Below are positions 8,830 to 18,148 of a stretch of DNA of 64,000 bases, piece by piece. Within the stretch, counting starts at the first letter, position 1. Every line of letters begins with the position of its first letter. Made by a program: the position numbers and the translations under genes. The DNA is from Candidatus Latescibacterota bacterium (GTDB lineage Bacteria > Latescibacterota > UBA2968 > UBA8231). The stretch lies in the NCBI GenBank assembly GCA_965215195.1, contig CBDCDC010000002.1, positions 960,001-1,024,000 of the forward strand. Reading direction: 5' to 3'. The notes beneath the pieces were generated by a model. It saw nothing but the letters and a program-made list of their open reading frames with translations, did not search any database and was not told the origin of the DNA.

Positions 8830-10971
8830 CACGTACACCGGACTCGACCAAGCCATCTGCCCGTCGCACTGAATGGCCTTGACGAAATAAGCGGCCCATC
8901 CTTTCCCCGGCGGCTGATCCACAGTCTCCAGCGTCATTTCCAGCGCTTCCACCCGTTCGGGATAGCGCTGCACCACCAACTGCATGTCCAAGCCACCGTA
9001 GTCGAAGCGCCGCGGCTCGCGGCCCAGCCCCGGCAGATCAACCTCGGTCGTCCCGGCCGCCGACTCGAACACCAAGCGGCCCACCCGCCCATCGTCCAGC
9101 ACCAGCTCAATGCCGTCGCAATCCCCGGTGGTCTGCGATTGAAAAGCCACGGCCTGCAATTCCGTCGCAGTGATGCCGTCGGCCGCGGAGTCAAAGCCGA
9201 CCGTCGTCGCCTCCACAATGGTCGCTTCGGTGGTGCGAATAACCCCGGACCAATCCACCCGCCGCCCGCGCCCGCGCATGCGCGAGCCAGACCACAGCAG
9301 GCGCAACCTGTTGGAATGCACCAAATCCCGGCCGAATTCAGGCGGCTGCACCTCGGCGAGCAAGGCCCGGCCGCGGTACACTTGCAGGGCCTCCAGCGGG
9401 GCCGCCCCCACCACCCGGGCGCGAATATCCACCGAGTCCACCTCTGTTACCACCGCCCCCATGGGTGCGCCGGCTATCTGGACCTCTAGCAGTAGGCGCG
9501 CCCCGGTCGTGCCGTAGCAGCGCCGGCTACACAGGGCCTCCCACACGCCCGCACGCGACAACTTGCCGGCCAGCACACAGGTCAATCCACCGGCAATACC
9601 AAACTCGCCAGCCCCCGGCCCTTCGGCCCCGGGCCGCCCCTTGTGGCCATCGCTGTTGCACATGACCCCGACTATGTGGCCGCAGTCCAGCGCGTCGAAC
9701 AGCATCCACTCGAACACGCCCCAGCACGAGACGATCTCCACCAGATTGTGCGCCTCGGGATCGAAGTACGCCTTGACATCGGCCCAGCGCCCGCCCACAT
9801 GCGAACCGATAATCACTTGATCGCGTGGCACCAAGCGGGCGAGCCGGGCAAAGAACACATCGGCCGGATGCGCTGGCGACACCGCGTCTTCGGGCACGTG
9901 CGGGATCTGCCAGTGGCTGTTGCGCACAATGGGCCGCCCCTCGGCACAGTAAAAGACGTTGCGATCCCCTCCGGCCGGGGAATTGGCCGACCACTCATAG
10001 CCGGGAAAGACGACAAACTCGCCGTCCCGGTGAAAAGCCCGCACCGTCTCGTTGAGCCGCTGCCAGTCTTGGTCGTCCACCTGAAAATCGTTGCCCTGAT
10101 GCGAGGCGAAATCCACCCTCGCCCAGTCGCGCGCAAAAGTGAAGTACTCAGCTTCCGTGCCCACGCCGACCGTAGCGTCAGACTGGGCGTGCAAATCTCC
10201 CCAGTAGCGATTCCACTGAGGCGTTGCCGCGAAGACTGCGACTGGATTGCTGTAACAGCGCAAGCCGCCCGCCGCGGCCGTCAGCCGTCCACTACCCGGA
10301 GCGCAAAAGGCCACCCTGCCCCCCTCGACCACGACTTCCCCTTCCCCTTCCCAACCCAATTCGACCGGCCCGGCCACGGCCGTCGGATTGCCCCATATAT
10401 CCTGCCCTTTGACAAAAACCTCAACCGCCGCCCCCACCACCGCTTGGCTCGGCGCTATGCACACTAATTCCGCGGCCTCGCCAGCGACAATGGAAAACTT
10501 GGGCGAATCCGCCACGGCCCGCGCCACCGCAGCATTAGTCGGATCCACGAAAACGCGCAATTCGTGGGCCGACTCAACAAAGGTCTGCGCCCGGATTCCC
10601 GGCGAGCCACCGCTGCGGTCGCCGAGGACTACGGTCACCGTATCGCCGGACGCGAGGGAGCCGTCGTACACATCGATCACCACGCACCAGCGCATCCACG
10701 GCCGCTCGTGTCCCTTGGGGGCAAAGCGCGGTGCCAGCTTGGCCGCTCCATTGGTCTGCACCGTGCAATAGGCCGGCGCGGCCGGATCGCTGAACTGGGC
10801 CGGCTGCATGTCGCAGGCAAAGCGCTGGGCGATCTTAATGGTGCCGCGCTCGTCAATGCCGTAGCTGCCCACGGTCAAGGTCAAGGTCCATTGCTGGTAG
10901 CTGCCGGCCACCACCGGCACACAAGGCTCCAAAGTCACCGTCCCCAGTCGTTCCCGCCATTGTTGCTTCAT
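8818..10971 (-). CDS. DUF3604 domain protein (PHP-like metallohydrolase)
   Basis: YWGDLHAQS, PGYEWS, EIVSCWG, NSDGHKGRPG, RRCYGTTG, AWSSPVY motifs. Confidence 0.85.
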   Translation of the reverse strand: MKQQWRERLGTVTLEPCVPVVAGSYQQWTLTLTVGSYGIDERGTIKIAQRFACDMQPAQFSDPAAPAYCTVQTNGAAKLAPRFAPKGHERPWMRWCVVIDVYDGSLASGDTVTVVLGDRSGGSPGIRAQTFVESAHELRVFVDPTNAAVARAVADSPKFSIVAGEAAELVCIAPSQAVVGAAVEVFVKGQDIWGNPTAVAGPVELGWEGEGEVVVEGGRVAFCAPGSGRLTAAAGGLRCYSNPVAVFAATPQWNRYWGDLHAQSDATVGVGTEAEYFTFARDWARVDFASHQGNDFQVDDQDWQRLNETVRAFHRDGEFVVFPGYEWSANSPAGGDRNVFYCAEGRPIVRNSHWQIPHVPEDAVSPAHPADVFFARLARLVPRDQVIIGSHVGGRWADVKAYFDPEAHNLVEIVSCWGVFEWMLFDALDCGHIVGVMCNSDGHKGRPGAEGPGAGEFGIAGGLTCVLAGKLSRAGVWEALCSRRCYGTTGARLLLEVQIAGAPMGAVVTEVDSVDIRARVVGAAPLEALQVYRGRALLAEVQPPEFGRDLVHSNRLRLLWSGSRMRGRGRRVDWSGVIRTTEATIVEATTVGFDSAADGITATELQAVAFQSQTTGDCDGIELVLDDGRVGRLVFESAAGTTEVDLPGLGREPRRFDYGGLDMQLVVQRYPERVEALEMTLETVDQPPGKGWAAYFVKAIQCDGQMAWSSPVYVLAR

Positions 10972-11061
10972 CTTCTAACTCCTGTGCGCCTTTGCTGGCC
11001 GCCTGCTTTTCTCCACCATGTCTTTTTTAGCTAACTTAACCGGCATTATAATGGCAACTCT

Positions 11062-12036
11062 TTGAGAAAGAATAAAATCGTGAAGGTCGTACTGACATTT
11101 GATATGGGGGCAGCCTACGTCGAAGAATTGCGGACGGCGTTTCCCGAGCTGGACTTTTGCCCGGCGTACAGCGAAGCGGAACAAATGCGGACCGCGGCCG
11201 ATGCCGAGGTTGTGTTTGGCTTGATGACGCGGCCGGTGTTTTTGGCGGCAAAAAAACTCAAGTGGTTTCACTTTGTCGGCATCGGCTTTGACCCAGTCGT
11301 GCGCGAAATCCCGGAATTTCGCACGGGTGCCGTGGTGATGACCAATGCGCGGGAGACGCACGTGGTGCCCATGGCCGACCACGTCTTCGCCGCAATACTC
11401 GCACACGCCCACCGGATCCCCGAACTGCTCGAAGATCAGCGCAACCACCGTTGGAATACCGCGCGCTACGTGCAGCGCATCATCGAATTGGCCGGAACCA
11501 AGATGGGGGTGCTGGCCATGGGGGATATCGGGCGGGCCGTAGCCAAGCGAGCCGCCGCTTTTGAAATTGAGGTCTATGCGGTGGATATCTTGCCGATGGC
11601 GCCGCCGCCCGGGGTGTGCGCGGTGTGGCCGGTCGAGCGGTTGGACGAGATGCTGGAGAGGGTGGATTGGCTGGTGGTGACGGCCCCGCGGACCGCGGCG
11701 ACGACCGGGATGCTCAATCGCCAACGACTCGCTTTGCTCAAAGAAGGAGCGTTTGTAGTGGTCGTCTCGCGCGGGGGGATCGTCGATGAGGCGGCTTTGG
11801 CCGCGGGCTTGCACGCCGGCCGGATCGGCGGGGCCGCGCTTGACGCGACCGCGGTGGAGCCGCTGCCGCCCGACAGCCCGCTGTGGGACGCGCCCAATGT
11901 GCTGATCTCCCCGCACACCTCGGCCGAGTCCGTGCAATTAATCGAGCGCCGCAAGGCCATCTTCGCGGAAAACCTGCGCCGCTATCTGGCGGGCGCAGCC
12001 CTATTGAACGTGTGCGATCTAGAGAAAGGGTACTAA
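11062..12036 (+). CDS. D-isomer-specific 2-hydroxyacid dehydrogenase
   Basis: MGDIGRAVAKR, SRGGIVDE, ALDATAVEPLP, ISPHTS. Confidence 0.92.
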   Translation: MRKNKIVKVVLTFDMGAAYVEELRTAFPELDFCPAYSEAEQMRTAADAEVVFGLMTRPVFLAAKKLKWFHFVGIGFDPVVREIPEFRTGAVVMTNARETHVVPMADHVFAAILAHAHRIPELLEDQRNHRWNTARYVQRIIELAGTKMGVLAMGDIGRAVAKRAAAFEIEVYAVDILPMAPPPGVCAVWPVERLDEMLERVDWLVVTAPRTAATTGMLNRQRLALLKEGAFVVVVSRGGIVDEAALAAGLHAGRIGGAALDATAVEPLPPDSPLWDAPNVLISPHTSAESVQLIERRKAIFAENLRRYLAGAALLNVCDLEKGY

Positions 12037-12494
12037 GTAATCGCACTGACATCTAAAGAAGTCAGCTTTACCCTCACACCCTTCCACCGCTGCAAGCCTT
12101 GCCGCTGAAAGTCGCCGAGCTTGAGTGCAAGCGTACAGCGACCATCAAGCAGGCGAATACTGACGGTCTCACTTTCCACGTCCAGTGCGAAGATACGGGC
12201 GTCGTAGTCAATGCTGCTAGGCTGGAAGCGACTATGCCGAGTTTTCGGATTTGCCAGTTGAGGTGCCACCCGCCCAATCGCCCGGACAGCAAGGTTGGCA
12301 GAAAGACCAAACTGGGCCCGGATAACCCGGTAGCAGCCTTTATGCAGGTCATACTGCCGGTGCTTCTTGTGCTGGTTGCCCCAATCGGCAACAAAGTTGC
12401 AAGCATTGGCAAAGGCCGTAAACGTGGCCTCAATACGAGGCGCCATCTGCGGCGGAACCACGAGCCTACAAGAGAGGGTACGTATTGTTTCCAT
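12033..12494 (-). pseudogene. tnpB: TnpB N-terminal fragment, RuvC domain lost
   Basis: RTLSCRL...FANACNFV...LHKGCYRVIRAQFGLSANLAVRAIGRVA...FQPSSIDYDARIF...VSIRLLDGR; ends before the RuvC-I GVDLG motif. Confidence 0.85.
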
Positions 12495-12635
12495 ACCTTA
12501 AAATAGAGTGATTTGCCTTTCAGTAGGCAAGGCCCCGTATTTGAATCGACTCAGGGACCGACAAACGCCTGGTGCGTTGCCAGCCCAGCGCCGATTCAAT
12601 CCTTATCCCTCTGACATTTGAAAAGTCAGTATCAC
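12037..12635 (-). mobile_element. Non-autonomous, internally deleted IS200/IS605-family element
   Basis: Related subterminal palindromes CTGACATCTAAAGAAGTCAG (12046-12065) and CTGACATTTGAAAAGTCAG (12611-12629) bracket a tnpB 5' fragment; the right end reads ...gatgtcagtgcgaTTAC on the minus strand. Left boundary approximate. Confidence 0.7.
12513..12599 (-). ncRNA. Candidate structured RNA/leader upstream of tnpB
   Basis: Minus-strand 10-bp stem TTGAATCGGC/GTCGATTCAA enclosing CTGG/CCAG and CAGG/CCTG pairings, followed by the hairpin TTGCCT-ACTGAA-AGGCAA. Confidence 0.4.
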
Positions 12636-12646
12636 GGGAGGTTTTT

Positions 12647-13900
12647 ATGACGGCCAAACCCCACCTGCCTCCGTCCCCCATTGACGAGGGCAAAGTCACC
12701 GTAACGGCGATCGAGTCCGTACAGCCACTCGACCTGTTCCCCGATTTGCTGCTGGTGCGCATCCACACCGACGCCGGACTCATCGGCCACGGCGAAACCT
12801 ATTACTGCGCCGAGGCCGTGCAGGCCATGCTGCACGACTGGATGGCGCGCCGCCTGCTCGGCGAAGACGCGCTGGCCATTGAGTCGCACTGGCGCTTCCT
12901 CTACGAGCGGGCCGCGAATTTCGGCGTCCGCGGCACCGAGCTCCGCGCCTTGTCCGCGCTGGACGTGGCGCTGTGGGACATTCTCGGCCAAGTCTGCAAC
13001 CAGCCGATCTATCGCCTGCTCGGCGGGCCGGTGCGCGACAAAATTCTCGTGTACAATAGCTGCGGCAACCCCCAGTACGGGCCGAGCACTACCGGGCGCA
13101 AAGGCTGGCCGGGCATGGGGGCCATTGGCGAGCCGGGGCCGCTGGGCGATTCGTGGAAGCTGTTCCACGAGCCAGTGGCGCTGGCCGAAGAGCTAGTCGC
13201 GCTGGGCTATAGCGGGCTGAAGGTCTGGCCCTTTGACCAAGCGGCCATCCAGTACGGCCCGGCGCGCCTTCCGCACCGCGCAATTGAGGAAGGCGTACAG
13301 CCCTTGCGCGCGATCCGCGACAAGGTCGGCATGGACCTCGACATCTTCGTCGATGGCCACGCGCATTTCCAGCTACCGGCCGCCCTGCGCATTGCCGAGG
13401 CCCTGCGCGAGGTGCAGCCGTTGTGGCTGGAGGACGTAATCAAGATGGACAACCTCGACACCGTAGCCGACTTCCGCCGCCAGAGCCGGATGCCGATTTC
13501 CGTGAGTGAGATGCTGTTGAGCCGGGCCGATTACAACTTTGTGCTGATGCACCAAGCCGCCGACTACGCGATGATCGACCCGACTTGGGTGGGCGGGATT
13601 TCCGAGACCGCACGGATCGCCCATCTGGCGCAGACCTATAATGTGCCGGTCAGCATGCACGACTGCACCGGCCCGCTGACGCTTTTTGCCGGCTTGCACG
13701 TGGGAGCGGCCGTGGCCAACTGCTGCTATCAGGAGACCGTGCGGGCGCAGATCCAGACGGTGTATAGAGAACTGATCGACGCGGAAGTGGAGATTAGCGG
13801 AGGGTATGTGCGTCTGCCCCGAGGTAGCGGCTTGGGGGTCAGGCTAAATCCCGATTTGTTCAAGCCGGAACGACCGGGCTATCGGATTTCGAGACGTTGA
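12647..13900 (+). CDS. Mandelate racemase/acid-sugar dehydratase family enzyme
   Basis: GHGETY, LDVALWDILG, LKVWPF, WLED, HDCTGP; GGAGG RBS before ATG 12647. Confidence 0.9.
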   Translation: MTAKPHLPPSPIDEGKVTVTAIESVQPLDLFPDLLLVRIHTDAGLIGHGETYYCAEAVQAMLHDWMARRLLGEDALAIESHWRFLYERAANFGVRGTELRALSALDVALWDILGQVCNQPIYRLLGGPVRDKILVYNSCGNPQYGPSTTGRKGWPGMGAIGEPGPLGDSWKLFHEPVALAEELVALGYSGLKVWPFDQAAIQYGPARLPHRAIEEGVQPLRAIRDKVGMDLDIFVDGHAHFQLPAALRIAEALREVQPLWLEDVIKMDNLDTVADFRRQSRMPISVSEMLLSRADYNFVLMHQAADYAMIDPTWVGGISETARIAHLAQTYNVPVSMHDCTGPLTLFAGLHVGAAVANCCYQETVRAQIQTVYRELIDAEVEISGGYVRLPRGSGLGVRLNPDLFKPERPGYRISRR

Positions 13901-14064
13901 TTGTTTACAGATTGGTCAGTGAGGAAGTAGAGGGATGTGCGAGTGTGCGGATTTCGCGCACAAACAACGTCGTAGCGCTGCAACTTCTCGTGCAGGACCC
14001 GGCGCAATAGAACCCGCACTGCTGCGACGTCGCCGTGGCCTTCTACGATGGCGATCAATTTCAC
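13879..14064 (-). pseudogene. DUF4276-family N-terminal fragment
   Basis: MKLIAIVEGHGDVAAVRVLLRR then degenerates; GTGA overlap with the upstream ATPase relic. Confidence 0.7.
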
Positions 14065-14552
14065 AGATCCAATCCGAACAGATTCAATTGTTTAATGCTG
14101 GCTACCGCATGGACGCCCGGCACGACCGTTGCGAGGTATTCCTCCACGCGACGCTTCACCGCTGGGGCGCGGTCCTTCAGCGCGGCGAGAACGCTGGCCA
14201 TGTTCGAGCCATCGCGGTTGAGTAATTCGCCCGGGTCGGGCGGCTGCGGCTCGCGGATGCGTTCGGGATTCAGGTTGTAGAAACCCATCGAAATGAGGGC
14301 GTCGTACAGGGGGCGGAACGCCTCTAGACCAGAGACATTGACCAGAAAGAGGCGGTCCTTGGGAATGGCAGGGACGGGTTGAATAGTGCTGCGCTCGAGT
14401 GCGCCGTCCTTTATTCTATAATAGGCTTTGCCCGCGCCATCGGTTCCTGAGCAAAAAATTGCGCATTCCTCTTCGGCGACTAGATAAGCCCCCCGTTTCG
14501 CACCAATTCTGAAGGCGTAGTGGCCGAAGCGGCCTTTAGGCTCCCAAAACAA
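14061..14552 (-). pseudogene. ABC-type (AAA_21-like) ATPase internal fragment
   Basis: MGFYNLNPERIREPQPPDPGELLNRDGSNMASVL...VEEYLATVVPG; no Walker A, signature or Walker B. Confidence 0.75.
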
Positions 14553-14719
14553 GGTCTCGGCTTGCGAGCGATGAGCGGCCTTGGCTTGCGGGATACCCTA
14601 GTCGCGCCAGCTCGGTAATCTGGCTATTGTTTGTTGCGGCTCGGACATTGCCGTTGTAAAAGCTAAAGGCGTCTCTAGTATTGTCAGCCGACAGCGAGGA
14701 GGCGACGGAGAAGATTCCA

Positions 14720-15436
14720 ATGGAAAAGGTCAGATATTCCGATTTGTTGCCGTGGGAATTTCGCCAACGGCTAGCCGCTAGGCCGGTGGCGTATCTACCG
14801 CTGGGCACGCTCGAGTGGCACGGCGAGCATTTGCCCTTGGGCAGCGACGCGATCCAAAGCGAAGGGCTGATGATCGAATGTGCCAAGCGCTTTGGCGGGA
14901 TCGTCATGCCGCCAATTCATCTCGGGCCGGATCGGGCGTGGGATCGCGGCAGCGGCGAAGTGTTCCACGGCATGGACTACGCCGACAGCACCCAGCCACA
15001 CCGGCCACTAGACGGCAGTTGCTACTGGGTGTCGGACGGATTTTTCGGAATGCTAGTCGATGCGATTTTAGCGCAGATTAAGCGCACGGGTTTCAAGCTG
15101 GTGTTCGCCGACGGACACGGGCCGAGCCGCAGAGCTTGGCGCGAAGCCATGGCCGAGCGGGAGCAGCGCTTCGGCCTCAAGCTGGCGGGAGTTACGGACG
15201 AAGTAGCGCGGGAATGGCAGAGCCAGATGGACCACGCCGCACGCAACGAGACGTCGCTGGTGATGCACTATCGGGAGGATTGGGTGGACCTCGGGCAGTT
15301 GCCTACAGATCGGAGCGTGTGGCCGCAAGGGGTCGGCGGCGAGGATCCGCGCGACGCCAGTGCCGCACACGGGCGGGAGTGCATGGAGCGGTCCGTGGCG
15401 ATCGTCGGGCGACTGATTGCAGCGAGCGGGGTTTGA
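14720..15436 (+). CDS. Creatininase family protein
   Basis: LPLGTLEWHGEHLPLGSD, DGHGP, DHAARNETSL. Confidence 0.88.
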   Translation: MEKVRYSDLLPWEFRQRLAARPVAYLPLGTLEWHGEHLPLGSDAIQSEGLMIECAKRFGGIVMPPIHLGPDRAWDRGSGEVFHGMDYADSTQPHRPLDGSCYWVSDGFFGMLVDAILAQIKRTGFKLVFADGHGPSRRAWREAMAEREQRFGLKLAGVTDEVAREWQSQMDHAARNETSLVMHYREDWVDLGQLPTDRSVWPQGVGGEDPRDASAAHGRECMERSVAIVGRLIAASGV

Positions 15437-15483
15437 CTACTATAACAGACTGCTTATCACCGCCAACTGCGAAAGGACAGCGC

Positions 15484-16623
15484 ATGAAAATCACCCAAGT
15501 AGAGACCATTCGCTTCAAAACCACCACCAATACCGTGCGCGACTCCGACGGCCACGGCCACCCCGGGCCCGAGCGCGAAACCACCCAGACCTTACTGCAA
15601 ATAAGCACCGATGAAGGCGTCTCCGGCTACTGGTTTGGCGCCAATGCCCAAGCCATAGACAGCCTCGTCAAACCAGCCATAATCGGCGAAGATCCCTTGT
15701 ACCGCGAAAAAATCTGGCGCGACCTCAACCACCGCCAGCGGCTCAATCTGGGCACGCTGTCCGACCAAGTGCTCATGGCCGTTGACCTCGCCTTGTGGGA
15801 TCTGGCCGGACGCGCCCTCAATCAACCCGTGTACAAACTGTTGGGCGGCTTGCGCGACAAAGTGCCGGCCTACGCCTCCACCATGTGCGGCGACGATCTC
15901 AAAGGCGGCTTAGCCACTCCCCAAGACTACGCCAACTACGCCGAGTGGTGCATGGAGCGCGGATATCCCGCCTTCAAATTGCACACTTGGCAACCGCCCT
16001 ACGCCGGTGCTCCCGACCCCAAGCGCGACATTGAAGCCTGCGCGGCCGTGCGCACAGCGGTCGGTCCCGACGTGCCTTGTATGCTCGACCCCTACCACTA
16101 CTACGACCGCGAGGCCGCTCTCTTCCTAGCCAAGGAACTGGAAAAGCTCGACTATTACTGGATGGAAGAACCCATGGATGAACACAGCATGTCGTCCTAC
16201 ATCTGGCTGTGCGAGCAGACCGGCTTGCCGATTTGCGGCCCGGAGACCTGCGAGGGCAAAATGTACGTGCGCGCCGAGTGGATTAAAGCCGGTGCCTGCG
16301 ACATCAGCCGCTGCGGCGTGGGCGACGTGGGCGGGCTCACCCCCTTGATGAAAACTGTGCATCTGTGCGAGTCGTTTGGTATGCGCTGCGAAGTCCACGG
16401 CGGCGGCCCGGGCAACCTGCATGCCCTGTGCGCCATGCACAACGGCGAATTCTACGAACGCGGCCTGTTGCACCCCTTCATCGACTTCGACCAGCCCGCC
16501 CCGTGGCTGCACGAGCACGGCGAACCCATGGACGAGCAGGGTTTTGTCCACGTGCCCCAACGGCCTGGATTGGGAATGAATATCAATTGGGATTACATCA
16601 AGAAGAATAAGATCGCCCACTAG
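15484..16623 (+). CDS. Enolase-superfamily (mandelate racemase-like) enzyme
   Basis: Start MKITQVETIRF; DLALWDLAGR, FKLH, WMEEP, PGLG. Confidence 0.9.
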   Translation: MKITQVETIRFKTTTNTVRDSDGHGHPGPERETTQTLLQISTDEGVSGYWFGANAQAIDSLVKPAIIGEDPLYREKIWRDLNHRQRLNLGTLSDQVLMAVDLALWDLAGRALNQPVYKLLGGLRDKVPAYASTMCGDDLKGGLATPQDYANYAEWCMERGYPAFKLHTWQPPYAGAPDPKRDIEACAAVRTAVGPDVPCMLDPYHYYDREAALFLAKELEKLDYYWMEEPMDEHSMSSYIWLCEQTGLPICGPETCEGKMYVRAEWIKAGACDISRCGVGDVGGLTPLMKTVHLCESFGMRCEVHGGGPGNLHALCAMHNGEFYERGLLHPFIDFDQPAPWLHEHGEPMDEQGFVHVPQRPGLGMNINWDYIKKNKIAH

Positions 16624-16703
16624 CCAGCAGTAGCCGGCCATCCGGTAGCCGCGCTCTCAGGCCGCAACGCCCATCAAGAGTGCGGCAAGATAATCCACGC
16701 AAC

Positions 16704-18026
16704 TCACTCGGCCGCAGCTAGCTGTAGAACTTGCAACGCACTGGTAGTCAGGACCCGGTCCGCGTCGTCGCGCAGAAAGCGCCCTTGGTGGGACGCCCTC
16801 GCATCGAGGACCTCGTACCCTCCGTAGGGCACCTCCTCACTCGTCGGCACGTAGCCGATGGCACCGTTGGCGTATCCCACGGGTAGGGTCAAGGAGAAGG
16901 GCGATGCCTCGGCAATGGCCAGCCCGGTCTCGACGAAGATCTCCCCCGGCAGGCCGATGAGGGCCACGTCGTCCAAGGCCACGACTTGCAGTTCTATGGG
17001 CAGGCCCGTGGCTACCGAGCCGCTCTGGTGCGCCGCGAGCCGCTCCTTGGCGGCAAAGTAGTGGCGGCAGACCTGCCAGTTCCGCTGGTGCTCGCCCTTG
17101 AGTTTGCGAAAGGCCGGTTCCCAGTGCGCCAGTGCGCGCTCGCACTCCTGCAGCGACGGCATGGGCTCGAGAGGCAGCTCAAAGGCGCGCTGGGCACAGC
17201 GCAGCCGGCCGCCCCGTCTCAGGTCGGCGCGGTCCAACACCGTCTGCAACACCGCAGCACCGGCTCTGCTGCCGTGGCGCTTGGCGAGGGCAAAGGTGCC
17301 GCGCGGATGGGGGTTGATGTTGCCGGCACAGCCGTTGACGAACAGGGCGGTCGAGCCCGGCAGTTGGGCCTCGATTAGCTGCATGGCGTAGCCGATCCAG
17401 TCGGCTGTGAACAGGTAGTTGTCGCCTATTAGACAGGTCCCGTGGGCCGCGTGCTGATACACCACCGCCAGCGGACTGCCGTCGTCGCGCTCAAACCACA
17501 CTACATCGACCCAAGGTGCCACCGGTCCGTCGGGGTTGACGCCGATGCGGGTGGTGCCATCGGCCTGTCGCGCCCGGCGATTGACGCCGACCTGCAGCGA
17601 ATGACGGCCCGTGCCCCAGCGCACGGGCCCGGCCGCGGTGGCCGCCTGCAGGGCGGCACCGGCCATGTAGTGGCTCACCGCGTCGATGTAGGCAGTGACC
17701 TGTTCCCCCAGCACCGAGAAGTCAGAGTACATCAGCGGTCCGCCGTGCGTGTGCGAGAAGGCGAGGAATACGTGGGACTCGGGCACCCCGGTCGCCGCAC
17801 GCACCAGCTCGCGCACGCCAGCGACCTGCTCCGCCCGCATGCCGAGCAGGTCGCTGGCAATGATCACAGCTTGGGTCGAGCCGTCGTCGAGGAACAAAGC
17901 GTGGGTGTTGAGGTGGTCGTGTACGCCCTCGGCCCCGTGGTCGCGGGCCCCGTACCCACCCATGGGAAAACCGATCGGTGGCGTGATCCGGGCACCGCCG
18001 GTTCCGGCCAGCAAGTCGCGCATCAT
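16704..18026 (-). CDS. Neutral/alkaline ceramidase-like hydrolase family protein
   Basis: ITPPIG..MGGY, SHTHGGP, NGCAGNINP, LPGEIF, GYANGAIGYVP. Confidence 0.85.
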   Translation of the reverse strand: MMRDLLAGTGGARITPPIGFPMGGYGARDHGAEGVHDHLNTHALFLDDGSTQAVIIASDLLGMRAEQVAGVRELVRAATGVPESHVFLAFSHTHGGPLMYSDFSVLGEQVTAYIDAVSHYMAGAALQAATAAGPVRWGTGRHSLQVGVNRRARQADGTTRIGVNPDGPVAPWVDVVWFERDDGSPLAVVYQHAAHGTCLIGDNYLFTADWIGYAMQLIEAQLPGSTALFVNGCAGNINPHPRGTFALAKRHGSRAGAAVLQTVLDRADLRRGGRLRCAQRAFELPLEPMPSLQECERALAHWEPAFRKLKGEHQRNWQVCRHYFAAKERLAAHQSGSVATGLPIELQVVALDDVALIGLPGEIFVETGLAIAEASPFSLTLPVGYANGAIGYVPTSEEVPYGGYEVLDARASHQGRFLRDDADRVLTTSALQVLQLAAAE

Positions 18027-18148
18027 CCGATCCTCCTGTTCTGGTCAATTGCCTGCGTACCCTAATATACGCGGCCCCCACCTTGACAGGCCACCACCCA
18101 AGTCAATTATTGGAGGCCCCATCCGTGCTTTTCCCATAGGAGCTTCCC

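Noticed and set aside
16648-16686. Hairpin GCCGCGCTCT..AGAGTGCGGC between convergent genes
   Set aside because: Large loop and no U-tract; not enough to call a terminator or ncRNA.
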